61,285 nt of DNA, from NCBI GenBank assembly GCA_964625345.1, contig CAZVDO010000004.1, forward strand, positions 14,291-75,575, given 5' to 3'. Positions within the stretch are counted from its first letter, which is position 1; the number at the start of each line of letters is the position of its first letter. Of the stretch, positions 1-10,116 are shown piece after piece. The notes beneath the pieces were generated by a model. It did no database searches. It was not told where the DNA came from and saw only the letters and a program-made list of their open reading frames with translations. The translations under genes and the position numbers were made by a program. The DNA is from an uncultured Anaerolinea sp. (GTDB lineage Bacteria > Chloroflexota > Limnocylindria > Limnocylindrales > CSP1-4).

Positions 1-517
1 CGGCGCCGATCCCATAGCTGGCGGTGGACCCGATGAGGGCCAGCTCGCCTTCGAGGCCGCTCTGGGTCAGGCCGGCGCCCAGGCCTCGGCTGACCAGGAT
101 GACGACGCCTGCGTAGCCCACCACGAGCCCGGCGAGCCGGTTGACCGTGATCGGCTCGTCGTGCAGGAAGAGGGCCGCGAACACGATCACGAACAACGGC
201 ACGGCGCTGTTGAGGATCGCAGCCAGCGCGGAGTCGACCGATCGCTCCGCCGTAGTGATGAGGAAGAACGGGATCACGATGTTGATGAGGGCCATCACGA
301 GGAGGTGCCCGTAGATGCGCGGGTTGCGGGGCAGGGGCTCGCGGGCGATGGCGACCACGCTCGCGAGCACCGCCAGGCCGATGCCCAGCCGCGACGCGAT
401 GAGCGTGAAGGTCGGGAGCGTCTGGACGCCGATCTTGATGAAGACGTAGCTCGTGCCCCACATGAAGCCGAGGGCCACGAGCAGGAGCCAGTCGATCCGG
501 GTGGGGCGCGCGATCAT
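1..517 (-). CDS. EamA/DMT-family transporter, N-terminal part (gene runs off the left edge)
   Basis: Absent from the ORF track because there is no stop in-window. My reverse-strand translation from ATG (cat 515-517) reads MIARPTRIDWLLLVALGFMWGTSYVFIKIGVQTLPTFTLIASRLG...LITTAERSVDSALAAILNSAVPLFV, a multi-TM EamA-like pattern. The listed + ORF 161-544 is its antisense artefact. Confidence 0.8.
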   Translation of the reverse strand, partial: MIARPTRIDWLLLVALGFMWGTSYVFIKIGVQTLPTFTLIASRLGIGLAVLASVVAIAREPLPRNPRIYGHLLVMALINIVIPFFLITTAERSVDSALAAILNSAVPLFVIVFAALFLHDEPITVNRLAGLVVGYAGVVILVSRGLGAGLTQSGLEGELALIGSTASYGIGA

Positions 518-607
518 CGGCGCATCATAGCGACATTGGCCTAGTGCGTTGGGCCAAGTCCGAACACGCGCGGGCGGCTACGATGGGCGCTCGGCACGGA
601 GGGCGGG

Positions 608-2026
608 ATGCAGCGCTGGGGCGGGCGATTCACGGGCGAGACGGACGAGCGCGTGGTGGACTTCACGCGCTCGATCGAGATCGACGTGTTCCTCGCCGCC
701 GAGGACCTCGCAGGCTCCATCGCGCACGTTCGCGGGCTTGGGCGCGCGGGGCTCCTCGGAGCCGGGGAGGTCGCCGCGCTGGTGGCCGGGCTCGAAGGCC
801 TGGCCGCCGACCTGGAGGCCGGCCGCCTCGCATGGGACGATCGTCTCGAGGACGTCCACATGAACCTGGAGGCGGCGCTCGAGGCGAAGATCGGGCCGCT
901 CGCCCGCAAGCTGCACACCGGTCGCTCGCGCAACGACCAGGTAGCCACGGACCTGCGGATGTGGACCCGCTCGGCCATCGACCGGCTGGACCTCGGGATC
1001 GTCGGTCTCGAGCGAGCGCTCGTGGGGCTGGCCGAGCGGGAGATCGACGCCGTCCTGCCGGGCACCACGCACATCCAGCCGGCCCAGCCGGTGCTCCTCG
1101 CGCACCACCTCCTTGCCTACGTGGAGATGCTGGAACGCGATCGCGGCCGCCTCGCCGACGCGCGGCGCCGGCTCAACGTCTCGCCCCTGGGGGCGGGGGC
1201 CCTCGCCGGCGCCGGGTACCCGCTCGACCGGGAGGCGACGGCGCACGAGCTCGGGTTCGACGGGGTGACCGCGAACTCGATGGATGCCGTGTCGGATCGC
1301 GACTTCGTGGTTGAGGTGCTCGCCGCGGTGGCGCTGACGATGGTCCACCTCTCCCGCTTCGCCGAGGAGCTCACCTGGTGGTCCAACCCGGCATTCGGGT
1401 TCGTGCGCGTGGCCGACGCGTTCTCGACGGGTTCGTCGATGATGCCGAACAAGCGCAATCCCGACCCTGCCGAGCTCATCCGCGCCCGTGCCGCCCGCGC
1501 GATCGGCGCCCTCACGGCGATGCTCACGATCCTCAAGGGCCTGCCCCTGGCCTACCAGCGCGACCTCCAGGATGACAAGCCACCGCTCTTCGGCGCCGTG
1601 GACACGCTTGGAGCCTCGCTCGGGGTCATGACCGGGCTCGTCGACACGCTGGCCGTGGATGCGACGCGGATGCGCGCCGCCGCCGACGAGGGGTTCACCA
1701 CCGCCACGGCCGTGGCCGACGCGCTGGTCCGGCGCGGGCTGCCGTTCCGGAGTGCCCACCACGTCACCGGCGCCATCGTCGCGATGGTCGAAGCGCGTGG
1801 GGCGCGACTCCCGGATGTCACTGATGACGAGGTTCGTACCGCACTCGAGACCGTGGACGATGACGGCGTCGCGGACCTGCTTGCCGACCCGGGCATCGGC
1901 GCCCTCGTCCGCGGATCCGCGTCGGTTGAGGCGGCGGTCAGCGCCGCCGACGTGATCGGGGGCACGGCTCCGGGACGCGTCCGCGCAGCCCTCGCCGCGG
2001 CGCGGGCTCGCCTCGCCACCGCCTGA
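608..2026 (+). CDS. argH: Argininosuccinate lyase
   Basis: 472-aa ORF. N-terminus MQRWGGRFTGETDERVVDFTRSIEID and fumarate-lyase signature GSSMMPNKRNPDPAE. Confidence 0.97.
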   Translation: MQRWGGRFTGETDERVVDFTRSIEIDVFLAAEDLAGSIAHVRGLGRAGLLGAGEVAALVAGLEGLAADLEAGRLAWDDRLEDVHMNLEAALEAKIGPLARKLHTGRSRNDQVATDLRMWTRSAIDRLDLGIVGLERALVGLAEREIDAVLPGTTHIQPAQPVLLAHHLLAYVEMLERDRGRLADARRRLNVSPLGAGALAGAGYPLDREATAHELGFDGVTANSMDAVSDRDFVVEVLAAVALTMVHLSRFAEELTWWSNPAFGFVRVADAFSTGSSMMPNKRNPDPAELIRARAARAIGALTAMLTILKGLPLAYQRDLQDDKPPLFGAVDTLGASLGVMTGLVDTLAVDATRMRAAADEGFTTATAVADALVRRGLPFRSAHHVTGAIVAMVEARGARLPDVTDDEVRTALETVDDDGVADLLADPGIGALVRGSASVEAAVSAADVIGGTAPGRVRAALAAARARLATA

Positions 2027-2306
2027 CGCACTGCCGGACGGCGCCCTAGAGGCGCATGGGCCCGCCGGGAGGCCGCGCTCCACCTGCCGCACCGAGTCGT
2101 GGCGATCGGGAGGTCGTGCGCCAGGGGAGCGCTCGTCGCAGGCACCCGACCGCCGTAGGTACGTGGGATCGGGGATCGTCCATGCCCTGCGTTTAGGTCG
2201 TACGGGATTGCCCATGTCGGCAGAACGACCGATGCGTGCCCGGCTCCCTCGGGCGAGGGTAGGACCACGTTCGGACGGTCCGAACATCGATCACGAGGTC
2301 ACGCAT

Positions 2307-2555
2307 ATGGCGAAGTTCATGGATGTCCACTCGGGGTTCGTGGGCGTCACCGCACAGCAGCTCCAGGAGGCGCACGAGCGCGACCTGGCCATCGAGGGTG
2401 ACGAAGGCGTGCATTTCGAGCGCGCGTGGCTCGACCCCGAGGCCGGCAAGGTCTTCTGCCTGGCGACCGGGCCGTCGAAGGAAGCCGTGATGCGGATCCA
2501 CGAGCGGGCCGGCCATCCGACCGCCGAGGTCTACGAACTCCCGATCGAAGTCTGA
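2307..2555 (+). CDS. DUF4242-domain small protein (SCO4226-like)
   Basis: Inside ORF 2163-2555. In-frame ATG 2307 gives 82 aa: MAKFMDVHSGF...VHFERAWLDPEAGKVFCLATGPSKEAVMRIHERAGHP. The 48 codons upstream are R/G/P-rich and probably non-coding. Confidence 0.7.
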   Translation: MAKFMDVHSGFVGVTAQQLQEAHERDLAIEGDEGVHFERAWLDPEAGKVFCLATGPSKEAVMRIHERAGHPTAEVYELPIEV

Positions 2556-2566
2556 GGAGACGAGCC

Positions 2567-3130
2567 ATGACCGATACCACGCGACGCATCGCTCCCGCCC
2601 GAGCCCTCCTGGGCATGGCCGCGGCGCTGCTGTTCGTGCCCGTCCTCGCGGTCGGGGCGTTCGCCGCCGACCAGGGCCAGTCGGAGCTGGCGGCCGTACG
2701 TGCGGCGACGGCCAAGTACCACGACATCGAGGTCGCCAAGGCCGACGGCTACGGCGAGTTCTACCTGTGCACCGACGAGAACGGCGGTGCCGGCGCGATG
2801 GGCCAGCACTACGCGAATATCGACCGCGTGTTGGACCCGTCGATCAACGCGCTCGAGCCCGAGGTCCTCACCTACGAGCCCATGCCGAACGGCGAACTGC
2901 GCCTCGTCGGGGTCGAGTACGTCGTGTTCCAGGACCTGTGGCACGAGAACTTCGGTGCCGGCGATCCGTCCGTCCTGGGCCACACGCTCAAGCCGGTCGG
3001 CAGCAGCAACCGCTACGGGCTGCCCGCGTTCTACGAGCTGCACGCCTGGATCTGGCGTCCGAACCCGCGCGGCATGTTCGACGACTGGAACTCCAAGGTC
3101 ACCTGTCGGGGGAACGGCGACCCGGCCTGA
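2567..3130 (+). CDS. Secreted hypothetical protein (signal peptide)
   Basis: Inside ORF 2426-3130. ATG 2567 gives MTDTTRRIAPARALLGMAAALLFVPVLAVGAFAADQG (basic n-region, hydrophobic core, AFA-A site). I cannot name a family for the mature part. Confidence 0.65.
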   Translation: MTDTTRRIAPARALLGMAAALLFVPVLAVGAFAADQGQSELAAVRAATAKYHDIEVAKADGYGEFYLCTDENGGAGAMGQHYANIDRVLDPSINALEPEVLTYEPMPNGELRLVGVEYVVFQDLWHENFGAGDPSVLGHTLKPVGSSNRYGLPAFYELHAWIWRPNPRGMFDDWNSKVTCRGNGDPA

Positions 3131-3151
3131 CGCACCACGCTCCTCCAGCGA

Positions 3152-3181
3152 CAGAGCGGCGCCCCGACGGGCGCCGCTCTG
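3152..3181 (+). terminator. Perfect 13-bp stem / 4-nt loop hairpin between convergent genes
   Basis: cagagcggcgccc-cgac-gggcgccgctctg. It lies 21 nt after the stop at 3130 and about 110 nt from the stop of the convergent LAL gene. No clear U-tract. Confidence 0.5.
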
Positions 3182-3290
3182 CTGTGTCCGCGGCCGGTCG
3201 ACCACGTTCGGGAGGAGCACCGCGCGGGCATCGTGGGTCAGGCGCCGGTGCCGCTCCAGCGCCGCGCGGGCGTCTTGCCCGCGCCAACGG

Positions 3291-6200
3291 TCAGTGACCG
3301 CTTCCGCCGCGGAGCGAGTTTGCTGCGACGTCCGCCCCAGCCCTGACGACGCTGGGGCTCGGGCCACCGGCCGCTCCGGCACTGCCCGCGCCTGCCGCGA
3401 TCGTGGCCGCCCAGGCCGCGATCTCGGCCCGCCGCGTTGCGCCGAGCTTGGCCAGGATGTGCTCCACGTGCGCGCTCACCGTCTTGGGCGCGATCACGAG
3501 CTGGTCGGCGATCTCGCCGTTCGTGCTGCCGGCCGCAATCAGGCGGGCGACCTCGAACTCGCGTGCCGTGAGGGGGCGCCACGGCTCGTCGTCGAGGCCG
3601 CGACCCCGGGCGCCCCGGGCGAGCTCCTCGGCCCGCGCGTGCAGGGGCAGGCTGCCCAGTCGCTCGGCGATGGCCAGGACGTCCTGGACCTGGTTCGTCC
3701 CATCGGCCACACGGCCCGCGCGCATGAGGCACTGCGCCAGGTCGAGCCGGGCCCAGGTGGATTCCCAGATTCGGCCGCGCTCGTCCCAGCCCCGCACGGC
3801 CCGCTCGAGGGCTTCGCGGGCCGCGCTCGTGGAGCCCGCAGCCATCCGGACCAGGCCCTCGGCATGGCTCAGCGCGGCGCCGGCGATCGGCTCCCAGCCG
3901 GCGAGGTGGTCCCGTGCGCCGACCAGCCATCGCTCGGCCTCATCGGGTCGCCGGGCCGCGAGGAGCGCTCGCGCTCCGGTGACCACGAACGGGATGAACA
4001 TGGCGCGCTCCGACGCGGCCTGTGCGATGTCGCGGGCCTCCTCGCAGCGCGCGATCGCGGCGCGCGGGTCGCCCGCGAGCAGGTCAACCTCGGCGAGGCC
4101 CCACAGAGGGGTCAGGATGAACGCCACCTCGCCGATCCGCTGACCGGCCTCGAGTGATTCGACCAGCCAGCGGCGCGCTTCCTCGAGCCGGCCGCGGCCG
4201 AGGGCGACGAGGCCGACCGCGTCGAGCGACCCGATGGTGCCGCGCACGCACCCGCGATCGACCATCTCCTGGCGGCCGCGTACGTCGGCGGCGTCCCAGG
4301 CGCCCGATGCCCACTCGAGCATCGCGAGCGTGGTGGCCAGCATCTGGCGGCAGTGCGACTGCTCGATTGCATCCGCGTACTGGAGTCCTTCGCCGATGGC
4401 CAGCTGGGCGCTCCTGGGATCCATGATGCGTGCCGCCATCGTGGCCAGGTTCCGGTAGCCGGTGACGCCGACCGATTCAAATCCTGCGTCCCGCGCCTCG
4501 CGGGCGGCCCGGAGGCCGTCGCGGAGTCCTGACTCGTAGCGGCCCTCCACGATGTCGAGGCGAGCGCGGGTCAGGTCGTTCTCCAGGCTCAGCTCGCGGT
4601 CACCCAGGCTTCGGGCGAGTGCCTGCGAGGCCTCGAGGTCGGCCCGCGCGGCCTCGTACTCGCAGAGGAGCAGGTGATCGTTGGCGGTCATGCTCAGGTA
4701 GAGCGACCGGTACAGGTCGCGTTCGTCGGTCGGCGGCAGGGCGTCGAGTTCCTCGAGGGCCGCGAGGTTCAGCTCGTGCACGGCCCGTGAGGGCGAGCCG
4801 TCCCGGGCGGGTCCCGTCGCGGTCATCCCGAGCATGTCCGCGGCCTGGACGGGCTTGCCTGCCTGGAGGTAGAGCTCGCGGGCGCGGTGTGCCGCCGCGA
4901 CGCACTCGTCGTTCTGCTCGATGGCATTCGCGGCGCCGGCGTACATCGCGAACAGGTCGGCCTGCTCCTCGATCGAGAGATCGGCCGGCATGTTCGCAAC
5001 CGCCCGCTGATACAGCTCGAAGGCCTCGTGGCGGGCCGACACGCGCGCCGCCTCCTTGGCGGCCGTGAGCGACGTCCGGAAGGCCTGGGAGCGCAGCCCG
5101 GCCCGTTCGTAGTGACGGGAGGCGTGCATGATGCTGGCGGCCTCGAGGGTCATGACGAACTCGGCGGCGCGCGCGTGGTAGCGGCGGAGCTGCGAGGGCG
5201 GGACCGAGCTGTAGATCGCGTCCCGGAGCAGCTGGTGCCGGAAGTCGTAGTAGCCCTCGTCGACATAGTTGTAGGGTCGGAGGATCGCGGCGTCGACGAG
5301 CTCCTGGAGCGTGGGTTCGAGCTCGGCCATGGACCGCTCCATCAAGCCGGACAGGACGTCCGGGGTGAAGCAGCGACCCACGACGGCGCCCGCCCGGGCG
5401 ACGCGCTGCGCCTCCTCCGAGAGCTGGTCGAGTCGGGCGAGGACGGCATCACCGATGGTGTCGGGCACGTGGGCTTCGCGAATGCGGCGACCATCGGCGC
5501 GGGCAGCATCGTCGAGGGCGCCGAGCAGTTCCTCGATGTGGAGCGGGATCCCGTTCGTGCGGTCATGGACTGCGGCGACGACATCCTTGGGCGCCGGCAG
5601 CTCGCCGCCGAGGATCAGGGTGGTCGCGATGCCGGTTTCCTCGAGGGTGAGCTTGCGAAGGCCGATTTCCTCGGCATGACGCTGGCTCAGGAGCCGGGCC
5701 CGCCACTCGCGGTGGAGCGAGTGAGCGTCGGTCGGGAACTCGTCGGGGCGATAGTCGGCAAGGATGAGCAGGGGGAGATCGGTCGCATGCCGAGCCAGCT
5801 CCCCGATGACCTCGAGGCTCATCTCGTCCGTCCAGTGCAGGTCCGAGAACAGGAGCAGGGTCGGCCGGTCGATCGCCTCGAGGATTCGGTCGGCGACGGA
5901 TCGAACGATGAGCCGCCGGCTGCCGAGCGAATCGCCTTCGTGCCGGCCGTCGATCGCGAGGAGGTCGGCCGACAGGGTCCCCCAGTCGGGGTTGCGACGC
6001 GTGCTCGTGGCGAACTCGCGGATCGAGGCCAGGGGGACCACGCGATCCTGGGGCGCGACCGATCCGCCCTCCACCCGGATGCCGGCCTGCTCGGCCTTGC
6101 GGGCCGCCGCGCGCATCAGCCTGGTCTTGCCGAGGCCGGCCTGGCCGGCCAGCAGGAGCGTACGGCCCCGTCCGCGCACAGTATCGGCGACGGCCTGGTC

Positions 6201-6311
6201 GAAGAGCTCGAGCACGTCGTCGCGGCCGACGATGACCGGGCACTGGATCGTGCGCGTTGCAACGGGCATGGTCCGGAGGATACGCCGTGAATCGCCGGAT
6301 TCATCAGTCAT
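3291..6311 (-). CDS. Large ATP-binding LuxR-family (LAL / MalT-like) transcriptional regulator
   Basis: ORF 3291-7217 trimmed to ATG 6311 (MTDESGDSRRILRT...), because codons above it overlap add on the other strand. Walker A LLLAGQAGLGKTRL, long helical repeat middle, C-terminal LuxR HTH LTAREFEVARLIAAGSTNGEIADQLVIAPKTVSAHVEHILAKLG. Confidence 0.9.
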   Translation of the reverse strand: MTDESGDSRRILRTMPVATRTIQCPVIVGRDDVLELFDQAVADTVRGRGRTLLLAGQAGLGKTRLMRAAARKAEQAGIRVEGGSVAPQDRVVPLASIREFATSTRRNPDWGTLSADLLAIDGRHEGDSLGSRRLIVRSVADRILEAIDRPTLLLFSDLHWTDEMSLEVIGELARHATDLPLLILADYRPDEFPTDAHSLHREWRARLLSQRHAEEIGLRKLTLEETGIATTLILGGELPAPKDVVAAVHDRTNGIPLHIEELLGALDDAARADGRRIREAHVPDTIGDAVLARLDQLSEEAQRVARAGAVVGRCFTPDVLSGLMERSMAELEPTLQELVDAAILRPYNYVDEGYYDFRHQLLRDAIYSSVPPSQLRRYHARAAEFVMTLEAASIMHASRHYERAGLRSQAFRTSLTAAKEAARVSARHEAFELYQRAVANMPADLSIEEQADLFAMYAGAANAIEQNDECVAAAHRARELYLQAGKPVQAADMLGMTATGPARDGSPSRAVHELNLAALEELDALPPTDERDLYRSLYLSMTANDHLLLCEYEAARADLEASQALARSLGDRELSLENDLTRARLDIVEGRYESGLRDGLRAAREARDAGFESVGVTGYRNLATMAARIMDPRSAQLAIGEGLQYADAIEQSHCRQMLATTLAMLEWASGAWDAADVRGRQEMVDRGCVRGTIGSLDAVGLVALGRGRLEEARRWLVESLEAGQRIGEVAFILTPLWGLAEVDLLAGDPRAAIARCEEARDIAQAASERAMFIPFVVTGARALLAARRPDEAERWLVGARDHLAGWEPIAGAALSHAEGLVRMAAGSTSAAREALERAVRGWDERGRIWESTWARLDLAQCLMRAGRVADGTNQVQDVLAIAERLGSLPLHARAEELARGARGRGLDDEPWRPLTAREFEVARLIAAGSTNGEIADQLVIAPKTVSAHVEHILAKLGATRRAEIAAWAATIAAGAGSAGAAGGPSPSVVRAGADVAANSLRGGSGH

Positions 6312-6359
6312 TTGACCGATCTCGCCCGCCTCGGCCCGGTACCATCGAGGTGAAACCCG

Positions 6360-7481
6360 TTGCCGAGGCGCCCCGTGGTCCTTGCCCCCGACGTCATCCG
6401 ACGCGCTCCCAAGGCGGTCCTCCACGACCACCTCGACGGCGGGCTGCGCCCCGCGACGATCGTGGACCTCGCGGCCGAGTACGGCTACGACGGCCTGCCG
6501 ACCACCGACCCGGACGACCTCGCCGCCTGGATTCGCCGGGGCGCCGACCGCAAGTCCCTGGAGCTGTACCTCGAGACCTTCGTCCACACCGTCGGGGTCA
6601 TGCAGGAACGCGACGCGATCGTGCGCGTCGCGGCCGAGTGTGCGGAAGACCTTGCCGCCGACGGGGTCGTGTACGCCGAGGAACGCTACGCACCCGAGCT
6701 CTCGACCGAACGGAAGCTGACCCTCGACGAAGTGATCGAGGCCAACCTCGAAGGGTTCCGTATCGGGTCGGAGCGGGCCGCCGCCGCGGGCCGGCCCATC
6801 ACGATGAAGGTGCTCGTGACGGCCATGCGCCAGGCCGCCCGCTCCGTCGAGGTCGCCGAAGCCGCGATCCGTTGGCGCGATTCCGGCGTCGTCGGCTTCG
6901 ACATCGCGGGGCCCGAAGCCGGCTATCGCCCGACCCGCCACCTCGAGGCGTTCGACCGGATCCGCCACGAGAACTTCCACATCACCATCCATGCCGGTGA
7001 ATCGTTCGGGCTCCCGTCCATCTGGGAGGCCCTTCAGTTCTGTGGGGCCGAGCGGCTCGGCCACGGGGTCCGGATCATCGACGACATCCGCGTGGAGCCG
7101 GATGGCACCGTCCATCTCGGGCGCCTGGCCGCCTTCGTCCGCGACCGGCGCGTCCCGCTGGAGCTGTGCCCCACGTCGAACGTGCACTCCGGTGCGGCGC
7201 CCTCGGTTGCCGAGCATCCCATCGACCTGCTGCGCCGGCTGCGCTTCCGGGTCACGCTCAACACCGACAACCGGCTCATGTCCGGCGTGAGCATGTCCTC
7301 CGAATTCGCGGCCCTCGACGCGGCGTTCGGGATCGGCCTGGGCGAGATGGAGTGGCTGACCATCAACACCCTGAAGTCCGCGTTCGCGCCCTTCGACGAG
7401 CGGCTCGCGCTCATCAACACGGTGGTCAAGCCCGGCTATGCCGCCCTGCGCGCGGCCGAAAGCCGGGTCGCCCCCGACTGA
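6360..7481 (+). CDS. add: Adenosine deaminase
   Basis: 373-aa ORF with a TTG start (GTG 6375 also possible). Motifs [19 protein letters not shown]. Confidence 0.92.
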   Translation: MPRRPVVLAPDVIRRAPKAVLHDHLDGGLRPATIVDLAAEYGYDGLPTTDPDDLAAWIRRGADRKSLELYLETFVHTVGVMQERDAIVRVAAECAEDLAADGVVYAEERYAPELSTERKLTLDEVIEANLEGFRIGSERAAAAGRPITMKVLVTAMRQAARSVEVAEAAIRWRDSGVVGFDIAGPEAGYRPTRHLEAFDRIRHENFHITIHAGESFGLPSIWEALQFCGAERLGHGVRIIDDIRVEPDGTVHLGRLAAFVRDRRVPLELCPTSNVHSGAAPSVAEHPIDLLRRLRFRVTLNTDNRLMSGVSMSSEFAALDAAFGIGLGEMEWLTINTLKSAFAPFDERLALINTVVKPGYAALRAAESRVAPD

Positions 7482-7520
7482 TCGGTTCGCCGGCCGCCGG
7501 CCCGCGGATCGGTCCGCCGG

Positions 7521-8807
7521 TCACCCGGTGGCGGCGCCCTCCGGGTCCTCCACGGTCGTGGGCAGGAACTCGAGGAGCGGCGGCGTCCAGGCCCACGCGG
7601 CGCCGTGATGCTGCCCGACGGCCCCGTGCCGGGCCGCCTCGACCCGGAGCGGCAGCCCGAAGATCTCGATGAACCCGACCGCCGACGCGTGGTCGAACGC
7701 GTCCCCCTCGTCGTACGTCGCCAGGTTCTTGTCGTACAGCGACAGCGGCGAGCGGCGGCCCACGACGATCGCGGCCCCGTGGTCCAGGCGCATCCGGACC
7801 TCGCCAGAGACGACTCGCTGGGAGGACGCCACGTAGCCGCGCAGGTCGCGCGACAGGGCGCTGAACCACAGGCCGTCGTAGATGAGCTGCGCGAGCTCGT
7901 CGGCCACGAGGCGGTTGAACCGGAGCGTGTCCTTCGAGAGGGTCAGCCCCTCGAGCGCCCGATGGGCCGCATGGAGGATCGTCGCGGCCGGGGCCTCGTA
8001 GATCTCGCGCGACTTGATCCCGACGAGGCGATCCTCGACGTGATCGATCCGGCCGACGCCGTGGGCGCCGCCGAGCGTGTGCAGGCGATCGACCAGCGAC
8101 ACCGCATCCAGGAACTCGCCGTCGAGGGAGACCGGGATCCCGCCCTCGAACCCGATGACGATCTCGGCCGGCGTTGGCGCCGCGGCCGGGTCGACGGTCC
8201 ACTCGTACGCATCCGCCGGCGGCGTGACCCAGGGATCCTCGAGCACGCCGGTCTCGCAGGACCTGCCCCACAGGTTGACGTCGATGGAGTAGGGGGAGGC
8301 CTTCGTGATCGGGATCTCGATGCCGCGCTCCGCGGCGTAGTCGATCTCCTGGTCCCGGGTCAGGCCCATGCCGACGCGCATCGGCGCGACGACCTCGAGC
8401 CCCGGGTCGAGTGCATGGACGGCGACGTCGAACCGGACCTGGTCGTTGCCCTTGCCGGTGCACCCGTGGGCGACGGCGTCCGCGCCCTCCTTCTGGGCCA
8501 CCTCCACGAGGAGCTGGGCGATGAGCGGGCGGGCGAGGGCGGTCGCGAGGGGATAGGCGCCCTGGTAGAGGGCGTTCGCCTGCAGGTGCGGCCAGACGAA
8601 GTCGGTTACGAACCGCTCCCGCGCGTCGACCACGTAGGCCCGCGACGCTCCGGCCGACATCGCCCGGCGCTCCACGCCCTGGCGGAGCGAGCCGCCGCCG
8701 ACATCGACGGTGAGCGTGATGACCTCGACGTCGTACTGCTCACGGAGCCAGGCGACGGCGACCGACGTGTCGAGTCCGCCCGAGTAGGCCAGGACCACCT
8801 TCTTCAT
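7521..8807 (-). CDS. argG: Argininosuccinate synthase
   Basis: ORF 7521-9140 trimmed to ATG 8807 (MKKVVLAYSGGLDTSVAVAWL) with ggagg 7 nt upstream. ATGA overlap with the argR stop. Confidence 0.97.
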   Translation of the reverse strand: MKKVVLAYSGGLDTSVAVAWLREQYDVEVITLTVDVGGGSLRQGVERRAMSAGASRAYVVDARERFVTDFVWPHLQANALYQGAYPLATALARPLIAQLLVEVAQKEGADAVAHGCTGKGNDQVRFDVAVHALDPGLEVVAPMRVGMGLTRDQEIDYAAERGIEIPITKASPYSIDVNLWGRSCETGVLEDPWVTPPADAYEWTVDPAAAPTPAEIVIGFEGGIPVSLDGEFLDAVSLVDRLHTLGGAHGVGRIDHVEDRLVGIKSREIYEAPAATILHAAHRALEGLTLSKDTLRFNRLVADELAQLIYDGLWFSALSRDLRGYVASSQRVVSGEVRMRLDHGAAIVVGRRSPLSLYDKNLATYDEGDAFDHASAVGFIEIFGLPLRVEAARHGAVGQHHGAAWAWTPPLLEFLPTTVEDPEGAATG

Positions 8808-9331
8808 GTGCGTTCCTCCGGGCCGCCCGGAACGGAGCCGGGGGCCTGCAATGCGACGAAGCGATCGAGCCAGCGCACCAGCGCGGCCTCGTCCGCGAAC
8901 AGGACGATGAGCGTGTTGTCCCCGGCAACGGTGCCGACCTGGTCGGTCAGGGACGATTCGTCGATCGCCTGGGCGATGACGTTGGCCGTGCCGGGCGTGC
9001 CGGTCAGGACAAGGATGAGGCCGCTGCGACCGACCGTCACGGGAATGTCCGACAGGATGCGGCGGAGGCGCTCGTCGCGATTCACGGCGACCCGGGGCAG
9101 GTCGTCCTCGAGCACGTAGACCTGCCGGTCGCCCCGCCACGCCTTGGCCAGGGCCAACTCGGCGATGTCGCGCGAGACCGTCGCCTGCGTCACCACGATG
9201 CCCCGGTCGGCGAGGCGGTCGGCCAGCTCGTGCTGGCTCGCGATCAGCTCGCGGGCCACGATCTCCCGGATCGCCTGCTGGCGGGCCGGCTTCGAGGCCG
9301 GGCTCACGCCCCGGATCGCGGTGGCGCTCAT
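8804..9331 (-). CDS. argR: Arginine repressor
   Basis: ORF 8804-10132 trimmed to ATG 9331, giving 175 aa. Winged-helix part QQAIREIVARELIASQHELADRLADRGIVVTQATVSRDIAEL, then a C-terminal oligomerisation domain (GTVAGDNTLIVL). ATGA overlaps at both ends. Confidence 0.9.
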   Translation of the reverse strand: MSATAIRGVSPASKPARQQAIREIVARELIASQHELADRLADRGIVVTQATVSRDIAELALAKAWRGDRQVYVLEDDLPRVAVNRDERLRRILSDIPVTVGRSGLILVLTGTPGTANVIAQAIDESSLTDQVGTVAGDNTLIVLFADEAALVRWLDRFVALQAPGSVPGGPEERT

Positions 9332-10116
9332 GCCGCGCCCACCCGGGCCGATCGGCTCGCCATCAGCCGCGTGCCGAAGGACGGATCTGCGAGCGCCCGC
9401 TCGAGCGCGTGCTCGGCCGACCCGTCCGCGATGATCGCCTCGGTGCCTTCCCAGGCCAGCGCCCCGAGGGCGGCCCGGACCTTGGGCACCATGCCCCCGG
9501 CGATGACGCCCGAGGCGATGAGCGCCTCGGCCTCGGCGGCGGTGAGGGTCTCGAGCTTCCGTCCATCGGCATCGCGCACGCCGTCGACATCCGTGAGCAG
9601 CACCACCTGGCGCGCCCCGAGGCCCGCCGCGATGCCGGCCGCCACGTCGTCGGCGTTGACGTTGCAGACGATGCCCTGCTCGTCGCGGGCGAGGGGAGCC
9701 ACCACCGGGACCTGGTTGGCCACCAGCAGGGCGTCGAGGAGGTCGCGCCGCAGTCCGACGACCCGGGCAACGAGCCCGAGGTCCTCGATCCGCTCGGCGA
9801 TGAGCAACCCGCCGTCCACGCCCGACAGGCCGACGGCGTCGACCCCGACCTGACGGAGCCCCGAGACCAGCTCGCTGTTGATGACGCCTCGGAGCACCGC
9901 GGCGGCGACCTCGAGCGATGCGGCATCCGTCACCCGGAGGCCGCCCCGCCACTGGGACACGACCCCCATCCGGTCGAGCCACTCCGTGAGCCGCTTGCCG
10001 CCGCCGTGCACGAGGACCATCGGGCGGCGCCGGGACACCGTGGCGACCTCGGCCAGGACGTGGGCCTGCTCGGCGATCGTGGTGCCCCCGAGCTTGACGA
10101 CGATGGTCTCGCTCAT
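9328..10116 (-). CDS. argB: Acetylglutamate kinase
   Basis: ORF 9328-10164 trimmed to ATG 10116 (MSETIVVKLGGTTI...MVLVHGGGKRLTEWL). ATGA overlap with the argJ stop. Confidence 0.95.
   Translation of the reverse strand: MSETIVVKLGGTTIAEQAHVLAEVATVSRRRPMVLVHGGGKRLTEWLDRMGVVSQWRGGLRVTDAASLEVAAAVLRGVINSELVSGLRQVGVDAVGLSGVDGGLLIAERIEDLGLVARVVGLRRDLLDALLVANQVPVVAPLARDEQGIVCNVNADDVAAGIAAGLGARQVVLLTDVDGVRDADGRKLETLTAAEAEALIASGVIAGGMVPKVRAALGALAWEGTEAIIADGSAEHALERALADPSFGTRLMASRSARVGAA

Noticed and set aside
161-544. 127-aa + strand ORF at the left edge
   Set aside because: It is a His/Glu/Arg/Asp-rich antisense translation of the EamA transporter gene, which runs off the window and is therefore missing from the track.
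6312-7217. N-terminal extension of the LAL regulator ORF (track start 7217)
   Set aside because: It would overlap adenosine deaminase on the opposite strand for about 850 nt. The extension is R/G/D-rich, and the Walker A sits at the normal distance from ATG 6311.
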